Assembly: GCA_944391515.1 (NCBI GenBank)
Contig: CALXTW010000006.1
Coordinates: 4,978-68,977 of the forward strand
Reading direction: 5' to 3'
DNA length: 64,000 nt
Source of the DNA: an uncultured Alphaproteobacteria bacterium
GTDB lineage: Bacteria > Pseudomonadota > Alphaproteobacteria > RF32 > CAG-239
Positions 18,750 through 29,434 of this stretch are shown here, one piece after another. How positions within the stretch are numbered: the stretch's first letter is position 1; every line of letters begins with the position of its first letter. Position numbers and translations under genes: made by a program. The notes beneath the pieces were generated by a model. It was not told where the DNA came from and searched no databases. It was given only the letters and a program-made list of their open reading frames with translations.

Positions 18750-19988
18750 CTATCGACTTCTTTTTTTTCTTTTTAGCACCAAGAGGGGATTGGTGCTGGT
18801 TTGTTGAAAATCTTGTTCGATACGATGAATATATTCTTTGTCTTTTGTGATTTTCGGTAAAAATTCAATATATTTTTGCCCCAGAATATATTTACTCTCG
18901 TCAGAAATTTTAGCTTTTTTCAAAGACGACCAAATTCCTTCGATATCTTTTGGTGTAAACTTATCGGGCATTTCCGCGGCTAAATCAATTGAAGCATTAA
19001 TTTTGTCTTGTGCCGGCAAGTAATTTAACCTTTCTTTTTTGACATTGAAAATCATTTGTGGATTATTCAAAAAGCGATAAATTTTGAGCATATCGTTTAA
19101 GGTGGAGATGCAGTTATTTTTAGGCGCATTTTCATAGGCTTGCTTCAAATAATAAGCACTCCATCTCAAATTAGCTTTGTCCTTAGGGTCTAAATTTTTG
19201 GAGAGTTGTTTAGGCTCAGTCTTATCCCAATAAAGAGAGGCCAATTTTTTATTTGCTCTGTATTTTTCATCAGGTGCTTTTGTTTTTGCCAAAACGCGTT
19301 TATATGCTGCAATAATATTATTTGTGTTATTGCTGAAGGTTTGACTATTTACATTTTTAGATTGGCTTTTTAATCTATCATGGCAACAAGTAACAATTTT
19401 CAAGTCATCACTATTGACCAATGCTTTGAGCAAGCATTGCAACTCGCTTTCGCAAGCAGGACCTTCTCCGTAAGAGTTAGGCATAACATTAGATTTACGA
19501 AAAACTTCGGATTGTAAATAATACATCTTAGCTTGTTGAGAGGGTTTTAGAATACTTTCATAAGCTTGAGATTCCTGATAGAGTTGTTGCGCTTCCATCA
19601 TTGGCAAACCGATAGTTCCTCTTTCTCTACCCTGATGAATTTTGTCAGCATGGTTAATAAAACCGACTAAATGTGTTAAATAAGGCAAGTTTGCAAAACG
19701 CAATTCCATAAATTCGGGTAAAGATTCTTGAATTTGCTCAGCTGTTTTGTTCAAAGCAATATATTGTTGCTCTTCAGGAGTGAAATCACAGATTTGGAAT
19801 AAAAGACTGTAACTAATCTCTTTTTTGCCATCCAAAGCATAGTTAATGACTTCTTGCATTGTATTATCTAAAGATTTGTTGGCAAATTTTACAAATACAT
19901 CGTTATTAACGGCATCAGGAACGATTTTTTCTAAATCAATACCATCTTTTTGTTGGCTAAAGATTTTTAGAAATTGTTCATCAGTCAT
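18750..19988 (-). CDS. Hypothetical helical protein with basic C-terminus
   Basis: 412-aa ORF, no signal peptide, ends VLKRKKRSR. Confidence 0.8.
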   Translation of the reverse strand: MTDEQFLKIFSQQKDGIDLEKIVPDAVNNDVFVKFANKSLDNTMQEVINYALDGKKEISYSLLFQICDFTPEEQQYIALNKTAEQIQESLPEFMELRFANLPYLTHLVGFINHADKIHQGRERGTIGLPMMEAQQLYQESQAYESILKPSQQAKMYYLQSEVFRKSNVMPNSYGEGPACESELQCLLKALVNSDDLKIVTCCHDRLKSQSKNVNSQTFSNNTNNIIAAYKRVLAKTKAPDEKYRANKKLASLYWDKTEPKQLSKNLDPKDKANLRWSAYYLKQAYENAPKNNCISTLNDMLKIYRFLNNPQMIFNVKKERLNYLPAQDKINASIDLAAEMPDKFTPKDIEGIWSSLKKAKISDESKYILGQKYIEFLPKITKDKEYIHRIEQDFQQTSTNPLLVLKRKKRSR

Positions 19989-19993
19989 ATTTT

Positions 19994-20146
19994 CTAAAGT
20001 TTTTTGGCAATAACTTCTTCAAAGCGCTCATCGGTAAAAGCCTCGGGTGGATAAAGAATAATGGTTTGAGGCTGTTCATTTTCTGCAGGATTTGAGGCAA
20101 AAGAAATACTCTCGTCACCTAATGTATTATTTGAAAAAAATTTCAT
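19994..20146 (-). CDS. 50-aa ORF, possibly the frameshifted N-terminus of 18750..19988
   Basis: MKFFSNNTLGDESISFASNPAENEQPQTIILYPPEAFTDERFEEVIAKKL*; GAGAG upstream; stop 5 nt before next ATG. Confidence 0.55.
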   Translation of the reverse strand: MKFFSNNTLGDESISFASNPAENEQPQTIILYPPEAFTDERFEEVIAKKL

Positions 20147-20231
20147 TGGACTCTCTCATAAGATTAGTTGTTTTGTCTAGTTTTGTAGAAAAACGCATAA
20201 GAGTCAATAAATTTTTATATAAAAGCGATAA

Positions 20232-21440
<1,209 letters not shown>

Positions 21441-21452
21441 CCCAAATGAAAG

Positions 21453-22412
21453 ATGAAGACGATGACCGAAAATGGAAAAATAGATGAAGTTGTCAGCTCC
21501 TTTGCCGAAGAAAACCGGCAAGAAGGCTTAAGAGTATTTGTTGCCGGAGGAAATCGCCCCGGAAATGACCCTATATATGTAGAAGAAGCCTATAATTTGG
21601 GACGCCAAATCATAAAGCTGGATTTCAAATTAGACTTCGGCCTGTCTAATTCTGGTATTATGGGAGCAGTTGCCAGAGGTGTTTTGGATGGATGGAACAA
21701 AAAGAAGAGCAAAGCCAGTCCGATTCAAGGCATTACCACACAAGAATATTATGCTCTTTATCCGCATGATGACGCCATTATCGGTCAAATTGAAGATGTT
21801 ATTTTAGCCAAGACACTAGAAGAGCGCAAACAAAAACTCCTCAATGCCGACTTTGTTGTTTTTGCTCCCGGAGGTGTTGGCACGTTGGATGAATTAGCAT
21901 ATGACTGTGTTGCCATGCAAGATGGATTTTTACCGGTAAAACCCTTTATTTTGTTTAATATTGATGGCTATTTCCACCATTTGGTAGAATATCTTAAAGC
22001 CATCTCTCTGAAAGGCTTTGCCGATCCGATGCCGTTCATTATTGTTGATAATAGTGAAGAACTGAGTGTTGTCTTCCGTCTTTTGAAGTTGCGTTATCAA
22101 AAAGGCAAAACCACGGCAGAGGTATATTCTTCAACCCGTCAGTTGATTTATGAATTGCCATATTTCTTAAAAAAGAAAACCGATAGCTCAGTTCACGTTG
22201 AAGATATCATCGCCAATATGAATCAAATAATTCATCACGGCACCAATGATGAAAGACAAGAGCTTGCCAATGAGATAGAAACCGCTTATCTGGAAAAAGA
22301 AATTGAGCGTATGTATGACCGTTTAGCTAAAACCGGACGTGATACCTCCATTGTTAGTGATAAGCTGACCAATTTGAAAAAGCGTAAAAAAGCCAACAAG
22401 CAATCCAAATAA
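21453..22412 (+). CDS. LOG-family nucleotide phosphoribohydrolase-like protein with C-terminal extension
   Basis: GIMGAVA, ERK, PGGVGTLDE, FNIDGYF. Confidence 0.8.
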   Translation: MKTMTENGKIDEVVSSFAEENRQEGLRVFVAGGNRPGNDPIYVEEAYNLGRQIIKLDFKLDFGLSNSGIMGAVARGVLDGWNKKKSKASPIQGITTQEYYALYPHDDAIIGQIEDVILAKTLEERKQKLLNADFVVFAPGGVGTLDELAYDCVAMQDGFLPVKPFILFNIDGYFHHLVEYLKAISLKGFADPMPFIIVDNSEELSVVFRLLKLRYQKGKTTAEVYSSTRQLIYELPYFLKKKTDSSVHVEDIIANMNQIIHHGTNDERQELANEIETAYLEKEIERMYDRLAKTGRDTSIVSDKLTNLKKRKKANKQSK

Positions 22413-22440
22413 AAGAAAGCCCCGATTGGGGCTTTCTTTT
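22411..22440. terminator. Bidirectional terminator
   Basis: aaaagaaagcccc-gatt-ggggctttctttt. Confidence 0.9.
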
Positions 22441-22443
22441 ATG

Positions 22444-23391
22444 TTATTTATTTTTCAAAATTTGTTTAGCTTCTTGATTGGCTTTATCCATAATTTCAGC
22501 CGAAAGTCGGAGTTTTTCTTTCTCTTTATCGCTTAAATTCGGAACAACGGCACCATATACACCTCTGCGGCTGACAACACTAGGCAAAGATAAGCAAACA
22601 TCTTTCACTCCTTCAATATTTTTATGCAAAGAAGAGACGGTTAGCGTTCGTTTTTCATCTTTAATAATAGCCTCACAAATTTTTACCAAAGAGCTTGCAA
22701 TACCATAATATGTGGCACGTTTCCCGTGATAAATTTTGAAACCGGCCTCTATCACGTCTTGAGACATTTTTTGTTTAAGCTCATCAGTTAGCTTAACACC
22801 TGTTTCTTTAGCATAATTGTCAATGCTGGAACCTCCGATAGCCGCTGTTGACCAAGAAACCAAAGAAGAGCTTCCATGTTCCCCCATAACATAAGCATGA
22901 ATAGAGTGCGGAGAAATATTGAAATAATCACTCAGCATGGCTCTGAACCGAGCGGTATCCAATACGGTACCGGAGCCGATAACGCGCGTTGATGGGAATT
23001 TAGAAATATCCAAAACCATTTTGGTAATCACATCAACCGGATTGGTAGCAATAACAATTATGCAATTAGGTGTGTTACGAACAATTTTCGGGACAATATC
23101 GCACATAATTTTGGTGTTGCTTTCCAACAACTCCAAACGATTGTCCGAGAGAGCTTTCTGGCAATCGACAGTAATAATCACAATATTTGCGCCATCCAAA
23201 TCTTCATAATCGCCACAATAAACATTGCTATCCGAGGTCATTGCCGCGGCATGAATCACGTCTAAGGCTTCGGCATTCGCCTTGTCGGTATTAATATCTA
23301 CCAACACGATTTCTCTTGCCAAACCTTTAATTGCCAAAGTATAGGCGGTAGTGCTGCCGACAAATCCGGCGCCGATAATTCCGACTTTCAT
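22444..23391 (-). CDS. ldh: LDH/MDH-family 2-hydroxyacid dehydrogenase
   Basis: GAGFVG, NPVD, GTVLDTARFR, GEHG; start at ATG 23391 (GAGGAG RBS); substrate loop atypical. Confidence 0.75.
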   Translation of the reverse strand: MKVGIIGAGFVGSTTAYTLAIKGLAREIVLVDINTDKANAEALDVIHAAAMTSDSNVYCGDYEDLDGANIVIITVDCQKALSDNRLELLESNTKIMCDIVPKIVRNTPNCIIVIATNPVDVITKMVLDISKFPSTRVIGSGTVLDTARFRAMLSDYFNISPHSIHAYVMGEHGSSSLVSWSTAAIGGSSIDNYAKETGVKLTDELKQKMSQDVIEAGFKIYHGKRATYYGIASSLVKICEAIIKDEKRTLTVSSLHKNIEGVKDVCLSLPSVVSRRGVYGAVVPNLSDKEKEKLRLSAEIMDKANQEAKQILKNK

Positions 23392-23514
23392 AAACCCTCT
23401 CCTCAATCGTTAAAGATGCCATTATTTAATACTATTTTTATAAAATTTGCAATTTTTTATCATATTTTAATTTTTTAGGCGCAAACTATCTGCAATTGAT
23501 AATCAAACACCGAG

Positions 23515-24693
23515 ATGAAAATGCCGCAAAACACATTGCATCGTCAGCTAAACCGAAACCTTAATTTATATTTATCACAGGGTTTTTTAAGTTGGTTTAT
23601 TATCTCTTGGCCGATAGAGATACTCTATTTTGCGCAAATTTTAGAAAGCTATACTTTAGCAATGAGCTTGTTTGCTCTGCAAAATTTATGCTTGGTCTTT
23701 TTTGAATTGCCGCTGAATTGGTTGGCCGATAAATACGGACGCAAAAATCTCTGCATCTTAGGGGCCTTGTCGCTTTTTGTGGGTTATTTGTGTTATAGCT
23801 TTGCAGATGGATATTTTCTGTTGTTTTTTGGGGCAATTTTTTGTGGAATAAGCCGCTCTCTCCATGTTAATACTGACGCACTTATTCATAGTAGCTTGCA
23901 ATATATGAACCGCCTGCCGGAATATGAATATATCCGAGCCAAATGCCAAAAGATTATGCAAATAGGGTTGGGAATAGCCGCGCTTGTAAGCATCTTTGCG
24001 GTTATGTATTCTTTGCGGTTGGCAGTACAAATTACGCTTATTCCTTTAGCTTTATCTTTTGTTTTATCACTGTTTTTAATCGAAGCCCCGTTTCCTCAAC
24101 CGCGGAACGATAATTTCTTCATTCACCTCAAAATGGTGCTCAAATACATACAAGGCAACCGTCGCTTAAGCGGCTTGGCCTTAGGGGAATCTTTGCGCTA
24201 TGGGTTAAATGAAGCAGCTTTTGATTTTAATGCAGCTTTTTTCAAACAATTTGTTCCAGTCTGGAGCTTGGGCATCTTCAGAGCTTTAGGCTTGGCGCTT
24301 AAACATTTAGGAAGTAGATTATCATCTATGTTTTCTGCACAATGGGGAATTTCCAAAACCACGATACGAGGAGCCTTTGCCGATAGTATTATTAATATCG
24401 TTGCGGTTTTGATGTCTAGTTTCTGGAGCTTATTCGTGCGTTTAGGCGCCCCATTTTGTAACGGTGTGCGAGAACCTTTGCAAAATGCACTCATCAAAGA
24501 AGAAAGCCCGGACAGAACCCATGAGATTATCATTTCATTAATGTCATTGGGTAAAAGCTTAATTTATGCCTTATGCGCTCTCTTTATCGGTATCGTAGCC
24601 GATTTAAGCAATCCTTATTGGGCATTGTTGAGTGCCTATGTTTTGTGCTTGTTGTCAAATTGGTTATACCAAGAAAGCCTCAAGGAAGAATAA
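23515..24693 (+). CDS. MFS transporter
   Basis: About 12 TMs, motif A-like WLADKYGRK. Confidence 0.85.
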   Translation: MKMPQNTLHRQLNRNLNLYLSQGFLSWFIISWPIEILYFAQILESYTLAMSLFALQNLCLVFFELPLNWLADKYGRKNLCILGALSLFVGYLCYSFADGYFLLFFGAIFCGISRSLHVNTDALIHSSLQYMNRLPEYEYIRAKCQKIMQIGLGIAALVSIFAVMYSLRLAVQITLIPLALSFVLSLFLIEAPFPQPRNDNFFIHLKMVLKYIQGNRRLSGLALGESLRYGLNEAAFDFNAAFFKQFVPVWSLGIFRALGLALKHLGSRLSSMFSAQWGISKTTIRGAFADSIINIVAVLMSSFWSLFVRLGAPFCNGVREPLQNALIKEESPDRTHEIIISLMSLGKSLIYALCALFIGIVADLSNPYWALLSAYVLCLLSNWLYQESLKEE

Positions 24694-24738
24694 TTTAGCT
24701 TAAATAAATTTTTTATTTGTGTTATACTCTGAGAGTTT

Positions 24739-26538
24739 TTGATAACCTCAGCAGGAAAATTTTTTATGCAAACCTCAGTAGCTCGTTTTCTTTGGCACTA
24801 TGCTCGCCGCCTCAAAGGTCTATGTATCTTAATGGTTTTAGTGATGTTTGGAGCGCAGTTTTTCAGCCGCAGCACCAACTGGGCTAGTGCGCAAATGATA
24901 GAGCTTATCTCTCAAGGTTCTGCCGATAATGAGACTTTGCAAAAAATTATTCACTATTTGATTTTGATTTTGCTGTGTTTGCTAATGCAAAGTTTGCTGA
25001 TTATATCCACCCGCATGCTGGATATGAAATTTCTGCCTTATTACATAGGTAAAATGTCCAAAGACTTATTTACTTGGGCGCACAAGCATTCAACCGCCTT
25101 TTTTGCCGAAGAAATGGCCGGAAATGTCTCAGGCAAAATCAAAACCATACTCAATAACAGTGAAACACTTTACTATCATATTATGCAGGGCTTTTTGTTT
25201 CCGGTAGGCAGTTTTCTGACAGCCTTTTTCTTTATCGGACAAATTAGACTGTCTTTAGCCCTTTGGTTTAGCTTGCTCTGTGTTATTTTAGCCGTTGTAC
25301 AAATCAGAATTCGCAAAGGCATCGGTTCTCTTTCATCCCGCAAAGCAAAACTCATGTCTGAATCTAATGGTATTTTGGTTGATAGTATTACCAATTCGGA
25401 TTTGGTTAAAAACTGCGCCAATTTTAATTATGAACGTCGCACCTACTATGATTCGGTAAGAAAAGCCCTCAAAGTCGTCCGCAAAGAGGTCAAACGCAGT
25501 GCTTGGGTTGATACTTTCTCCCGAATGATTAATGATACCATGACCATCAGCTTTTATCTCCTGACGTTTTATTATTGGTATTATCAGAATTTGAGTGTCG
25601 GAGATGTTGTTTTAATCTTGTCTCTTATTTCTTCTATGACGCAATCCATGATGCACATGGGCTTTTTCTGCACGAATTATGTAATGTTTACAGGCGGTAT
25701 TCAAGACGGGCTAGATTTGCTCAATAAACCTTGTGATATTGAAGACGCCAAAAACGCCGCGCCTTTGACCGTTACCGAGGGGAAAATTACTTTTGATAAA
25801 GTTGACTACCACTATAAAAATGCCTCAGCCTTGTTTAACGACTTTAACTTGACCATTGAACCAAAAGAAAAAATAGGCCTTGTTGGGCGTTCAGGTTCAG
25901 GTAAATCCACATTGATAAAATTAATTTCGCGTTACTATGATGTCCAAGGCGGCTCAATCGCGATTGATTCCCAAGATATCAGAAATGTAACGCAAAACTC
26001 TCTGCGGCAAAACATAGCTCTCATACCGCAAGACCCGAGCTTGTTTAATCGCACGATTATGGAAAATATTCGCTACGGCAATATTCATGCCTCAGATGAA
26101 GAAGTGATTGAAGCCGCCAAAAAAGCCTATATTCATGACTATATCATGACCTTGCCTGATGGCTATAACAGCAAAGTCGGTGAAAGAGGGGTTATGCTCT
26201 CAGGTGGTGAACGCCAACGCATTGCTATTGCAAGAGCTATTCTAAAAAATGCGCCGATTCTCATTTTAGATGAAGCCACATCGGCCTTAGACAGCGAGAG
26301 TGAAAACTATATCCAAACCGCCCTCAAAGAGCTCATGAAGGACAAAACGGTAATCGCCATTGCCCATCGCCTTTCCACGCTCAAAGAGATGAACAAATTG
26401 GTTGTGATGGAAAAAGGCTCAATCAAAGAAATCGGCACTCATGCTGCCCTGATGCGTAAAAAAGGTGCCTATTACCAATTTTATCAAATGCAGTCTTCAG
26501 GCTTTTTGCAAATTGAAGAAGATGAAACTAACGCTTAA
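24739..26538 (+). CDS. ABC transporter, fused permease/ATPase
   Basis: TM domain + GRSGSGKST, LSGGERQR, ILDEATS, AHRL; start may be ATG 24766. Confidence 0.92.
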   Translation: MITSAGKFFMQTSVARFLWHYARRLKGLCILMVLVMFGAQFFSRSTNWASAQMIELISQGSADNETLQKIIHYLILILLCLLMQSLLIISTRMLDMKFLPYYIGKMSKDLFTWAHKHSTAFFAEEMAGNVSGKIKTILNNSETLYYHIMQGFLFPVGSFLTAFFFIGQIRLSLALWFSLLCVILAVVQIRIRKGIGSLSSRKAKLMSESNGILVDSITNSDLVKNCANFNYERRTYYDSVRKALKVVRKEVKRSAWVDTFSRMINDTMTISFYLLTFYYWYYQNLSVGDVVLILSLISSMTQSMMHMGFFCTNYVMFTGGIQDGLDLLNKPCDIEDAKNAAPLTVTEGKITFDKVDYHYKNASALFNDFNLTIEPKEKIGLVGRSGSGKSTLIKLISRYYDVQGGSIAIDSQDIRNVTQNSLRQNIALIPQDPSLFNRTIMENIRYGNIHASDEEVIEAAKKAYIHDYIMTLPDGYNSKVGERGVMLSGGERQRIAIARAILKNAPILILDEATSALDSESENYIQTALKELMKDKTVIAIAHRLSTLKEMNKLVVMEKGSIKEIGTHAALMRKKGAYYQFYQMQSSGFLQIEEDETNA

Positions 26539-27490
26539 ATTGAATATATTTGTTGAGCTGTAAGGTATCAATAATTTCCATTACGGCAGCAAATTGTTCA
26601 AAAGAGCGGTCAATCATTTGGCGATTGGTAGTCCTTTGAAAGATTGATGAAATCTCAAACATATTTTGCTTGGTTTCAATGCTTATGAGCAATTTGTTAT
26701 CAAAAAAGCCAAATTGAATAGTTTTTCCCAGAAATGCCTTTTGGGCTTGTAAAATTCTCTCCATAAAGGCGGTGGTAAGCAAATATCTGGCCTCCACTTG
26801 ATTGTCGCCAAATACCTCAAATTGTTTTTCAAACACCGGGTCTTCGAGTTTAATACGTTCGCCGCGTCCGACTTTTTTGAAGACATTAAAGATTCCGCTG
26901 TCTTTTACCACTACGGTTTGCCCCTCAAAATTTTTCTTCAGTTCGAGCAAAATCACCACGCCTTTAAACACGGTAACATTGGTTGTGCCGTTTTTGGTGC
27001 GCACTTTTTTATAAAGTGTTTCTTCGGCAATAGTGGTCTTAGTGTTGTTATAAACCCCGCAAAAGAAATCATCGCCCATTGAGGAATCATATTGAGGGAA
27101 AACCTTTGATTTTAGCAAAACATCGGAAGGAATTTCCAAACAGTTAGCATAAGTAAAATCCCCCCAAAAGCTTGCAAATTCTTCCATTACGTCATTTTTA
27201 ATATCAACAATAAAATTGGTAATCGGAGAACTGCAGTAAAAATAAGTAAAAGCAACATAAATAAACAAACCATAAGTAGTGAATTTTAGGCAAGTTTCAC
27301 TCTCGCTGACCATATCGCCCCAAAAGGCCATCCAGCATCCCAGCATCAAAAGTGGAATAAAAAATGCCGTCAAGAGCATACGATTAATAAAAATATTGAG
27401 TTGCTTTTGGCGTTCAACTTCCATTTCCGCAAATTTTCCCAGCAATTTGCAGTTATAAAATTCATCAAATTCGACTTTAGTCTTGAGCAT
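26528..27490 (-). CDS. DUF3137-like membrane protein
   Basis: Two TMs, FKG, KLEDPVFEKQFEV...ARYLLT..FMERI; follows lemA. Confidence 0.75.
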   Translation of the reverse strand: MLKTKVEFDEFYNCKLLGKFAEMEVERQKQLNIFINRMLLTAFFIPLLMLGCWMAFWGDMVSESETCLKFTTYGLFIYVAFTYFYCSSPITNFIVDIKNDVMEEFASFWGDFTYANCLEIPSDVLLKSKVFPQYDSSMGDDFFCGVYNNTKTTIAEETLYKKVRTKNGTTNVTVFKGVVILLELKKNFEGQTVVVKDSGIFNVFKKVGRGERIKLEDPVFEKQFEVFGDNQVEARYLLTTAFMERILQAQKAFLGKTIQFGFFDNKLLISIETKQNMFEISSIFQRTTNRQMIDRSFEQFAAVMEIIDTLQLNKYIQFKR

Positions 27491-28056
27491 TATTTAAAGT
27501 AATCCGCGCTGTTAATAGATTTTTTCTCTTCTTCACTTGCTTCAAAATAGGGCATGTCAGCTTTAATTCCGAGCATTTTAGCCATGACACTGCTGGGGAA
27601 AATTTCAGTAGCATTGACAAGGTCGTTAACGGCTGAGTTGTAAAAGCGTCTGGCGGCAGCAATATGCTCTTCCACGCTTTGCAAAGCTTGCATAGTCTCA
27701 AGCATTGCTTGGTTAGACTTCATGTCCGGATAATTTTCTAAAGAGATGTTAAATTCTTTGAGCTTAGCTTCCAATAAAGACTCATTTTCAATTTTTGCTT
27801 TTGGATTATTTCTAAAAGATGAACTCATGGCATTTGTTCTTAATTTGGTGATTTCTGCCATAAGATTTTTTTCATGTTCCATATATTTTGCAGCCATATT
27901 CATCATATTGGGAATAAGGTCGTAACGTTTTTTGAGTTGAACATCAATGCCCGACATTGCCTCATTTACTTTATTTTTTTTCAAGATTACGCCGGCATAT
28001 AAGATATAAAGAACCACAGCTACAACGCCTAACACCACCCAACCGAAAACAGACAT
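27490..28056 (-). CDS. lemA: LemA family protein
   Basis: IDVQLKKRYDLIPN, ENYPDMKSN, RRFYN.AV, FPS. Confidence 0.93.
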   Translation of the reverse strand: MSVFGWVVLGVVAVVLYILYAGVILKKNKVNEAMSGIDVQLKKRYDLIPNMMNMAAKYMEHEKNLMAEITKLRTNAMSSSFRNNPKAKIENESLLEAKLKEFNISLENYPDMKSNQAMLETMQALQSVEEHIAAARRFYNSAVNDLVNATEIFPSSVMAKMLGIKADMPYFEASEEEKKSINSADYFK

Positions 28057-28175
28057 AATTTTACTCCTATAGAAATTTACGAATAATCTTATGTTGGCGT
28101 AAAAACATTAAATTTTATTAAAGAGTTAGCAATATATTCATTTTTTTTAGCTAATTTGGCATTAAGGAGAACAAA

Positions 28176-29402
28176 ATGTTAAATTGGATATGGTGTGGCT
28201 TTTTCATTGCGGCATTTTTAGCTGCCATTGCGCAAAGTTTGTTTTTGGGCAATAGTGAAATTTGGAGCGAGCTGATAGGCTCAACCTTTTCTTCCGCCAA
28301 AACGGCTTTTCAAATTTGCCTAAATTTAACCGGTATGCTGTGCTTGTGGTTAGGTCTCTTAAAAATTGCCGAAAAATCAGGAATAACAAACCTTTTAGCG
28401 GCTTTTCTCAAGCCTCTATTTCAAAAAATTATGCCGGATGTTCCTGCAAACCATCCGGCTCTTGGCTCAATCGTTATGAATATTGCCGCCAATGTTTTAG
28501 GGCTGGATAACGCCGCTACCCCGATGGGGCTAAAAGCCATGGAGCAACTTCAAACACTCAATCCTAATAAAGACCAAGCCTCTCCGGCTCAAGTACTGTT
28601 TATGGTAATAAATGCTTCCGCCGTTACCCTTATTCCGATAACGATTTTAATGTATCGTGCAGAGCTTGGCTCTCTTAATCCTTCAGCGGTTTTTGTTCCT
28701 ATCCTTTTGGCAACTTCGGTCTCCAGTTTGGTTGGCTTTTTAGCAGTTGCGTGGGTGCAAAAATTGCCGATTTTCAATCATGTTGTCTTGAGCTATTTAG
28801 TCGGATTTTTAGCCCTCATCGGCGTCCTTGCCTGGTATTTCTTGTCGCTTTCTCCTGAAGATAGGCTGACTGCCTCCGCCCAAGGTGGTAATTTTATTCT
28901 GTTTCTTGTCATAATTATTTTTATTGCAGCCGGCTTGGTCAAAAAATTAAATGTTTATGAGGAATTCATTCTTGGTGCCAAAGAAGGATTTGATATAGCC
29001 ATCCGCATTATTCCTTACTTGGTAGCTATGTTGGTTGCCATTGCCATCTTTCGCACATCAGGCTGTTTAGATTATATTGTTCAAGCCTTTGCTTGGCTGT
29101 TTTCATCTCTTGGTTTTAATACGGATTTTGTTGCCGCCTTACCAACCGCCGTGATGAAGCCATTATCAGGTAGCGGTGCCAGGGCCATGATGATAGAAAC
29201 GATGCAAACTTATGGCGCAGATAGTTTTCCTGCATTTGTATCTTGCGTCATCCAAGGCTCCACCGAAACCACGTTTTATGTCTTAGCGGTTTATTTTGGA
29301 GTGGTCAAAATCACCAAAGTCGGAGCCGCACTTCCTTGTGCTCTTTTGGCTGATTTTGCAGGAATTATTGCCGCCATTTGTTTGGCTTATGTATTTTATT
29401 AA
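28176..29402 (+). CDS. SpmA/SpmB fused nucleoside-recognition (gate) membrane protein
   Basis: ANVLGLDNAATPMGLKAM, KPLSGSGA, GSTETTFYVLAVYFG. Confidence 0.9.
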   Translation: MLNWIWCGFFIAAFLAAIAQSLFLGNSEIWSELIGSTFSSAKTAFQICLNLTGMLCLWLGLLKIAEKSGITNLLAAFLKPLFQKIMPDVPANHPALGSIVMNIAANVLGLDNAATPMGLKAMEQLQTLNPNKDQASPAQVLFMVINASAVTLIPITILMYRAELGSLNPSAVFVPILLATSVSSLVGFLAVAWVQKLPIFNHVVLSYLVGFLALIGVLAWYFLSLSPEDRLTASAQGGNFILFLVIIIFIAAGLVKKLNVYEEFILGAKEGFDIAIRIIPYLVAMLVAIAIFRTSGCLDYIVQAFAWLFSSLGFNTDFVAALPTAVMKPLSGSGARAMMIETMQTYGADSFPAFVSCVIQGSTETTFYVLAVYFGVVKITKVGAALPCALLADFAGIIAAICLAYVFY

Positions 29403-29433
29403 AAAAAAGCTCCCTTGAGGGAGCTTTTCTTTT
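29401..29433. terminator. Bidirectional terminator
   Basis: A8-gctccct-tg-agggagc-ttttcttt. Confidence 0.8.
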
Positions 29434-29434
29434 G

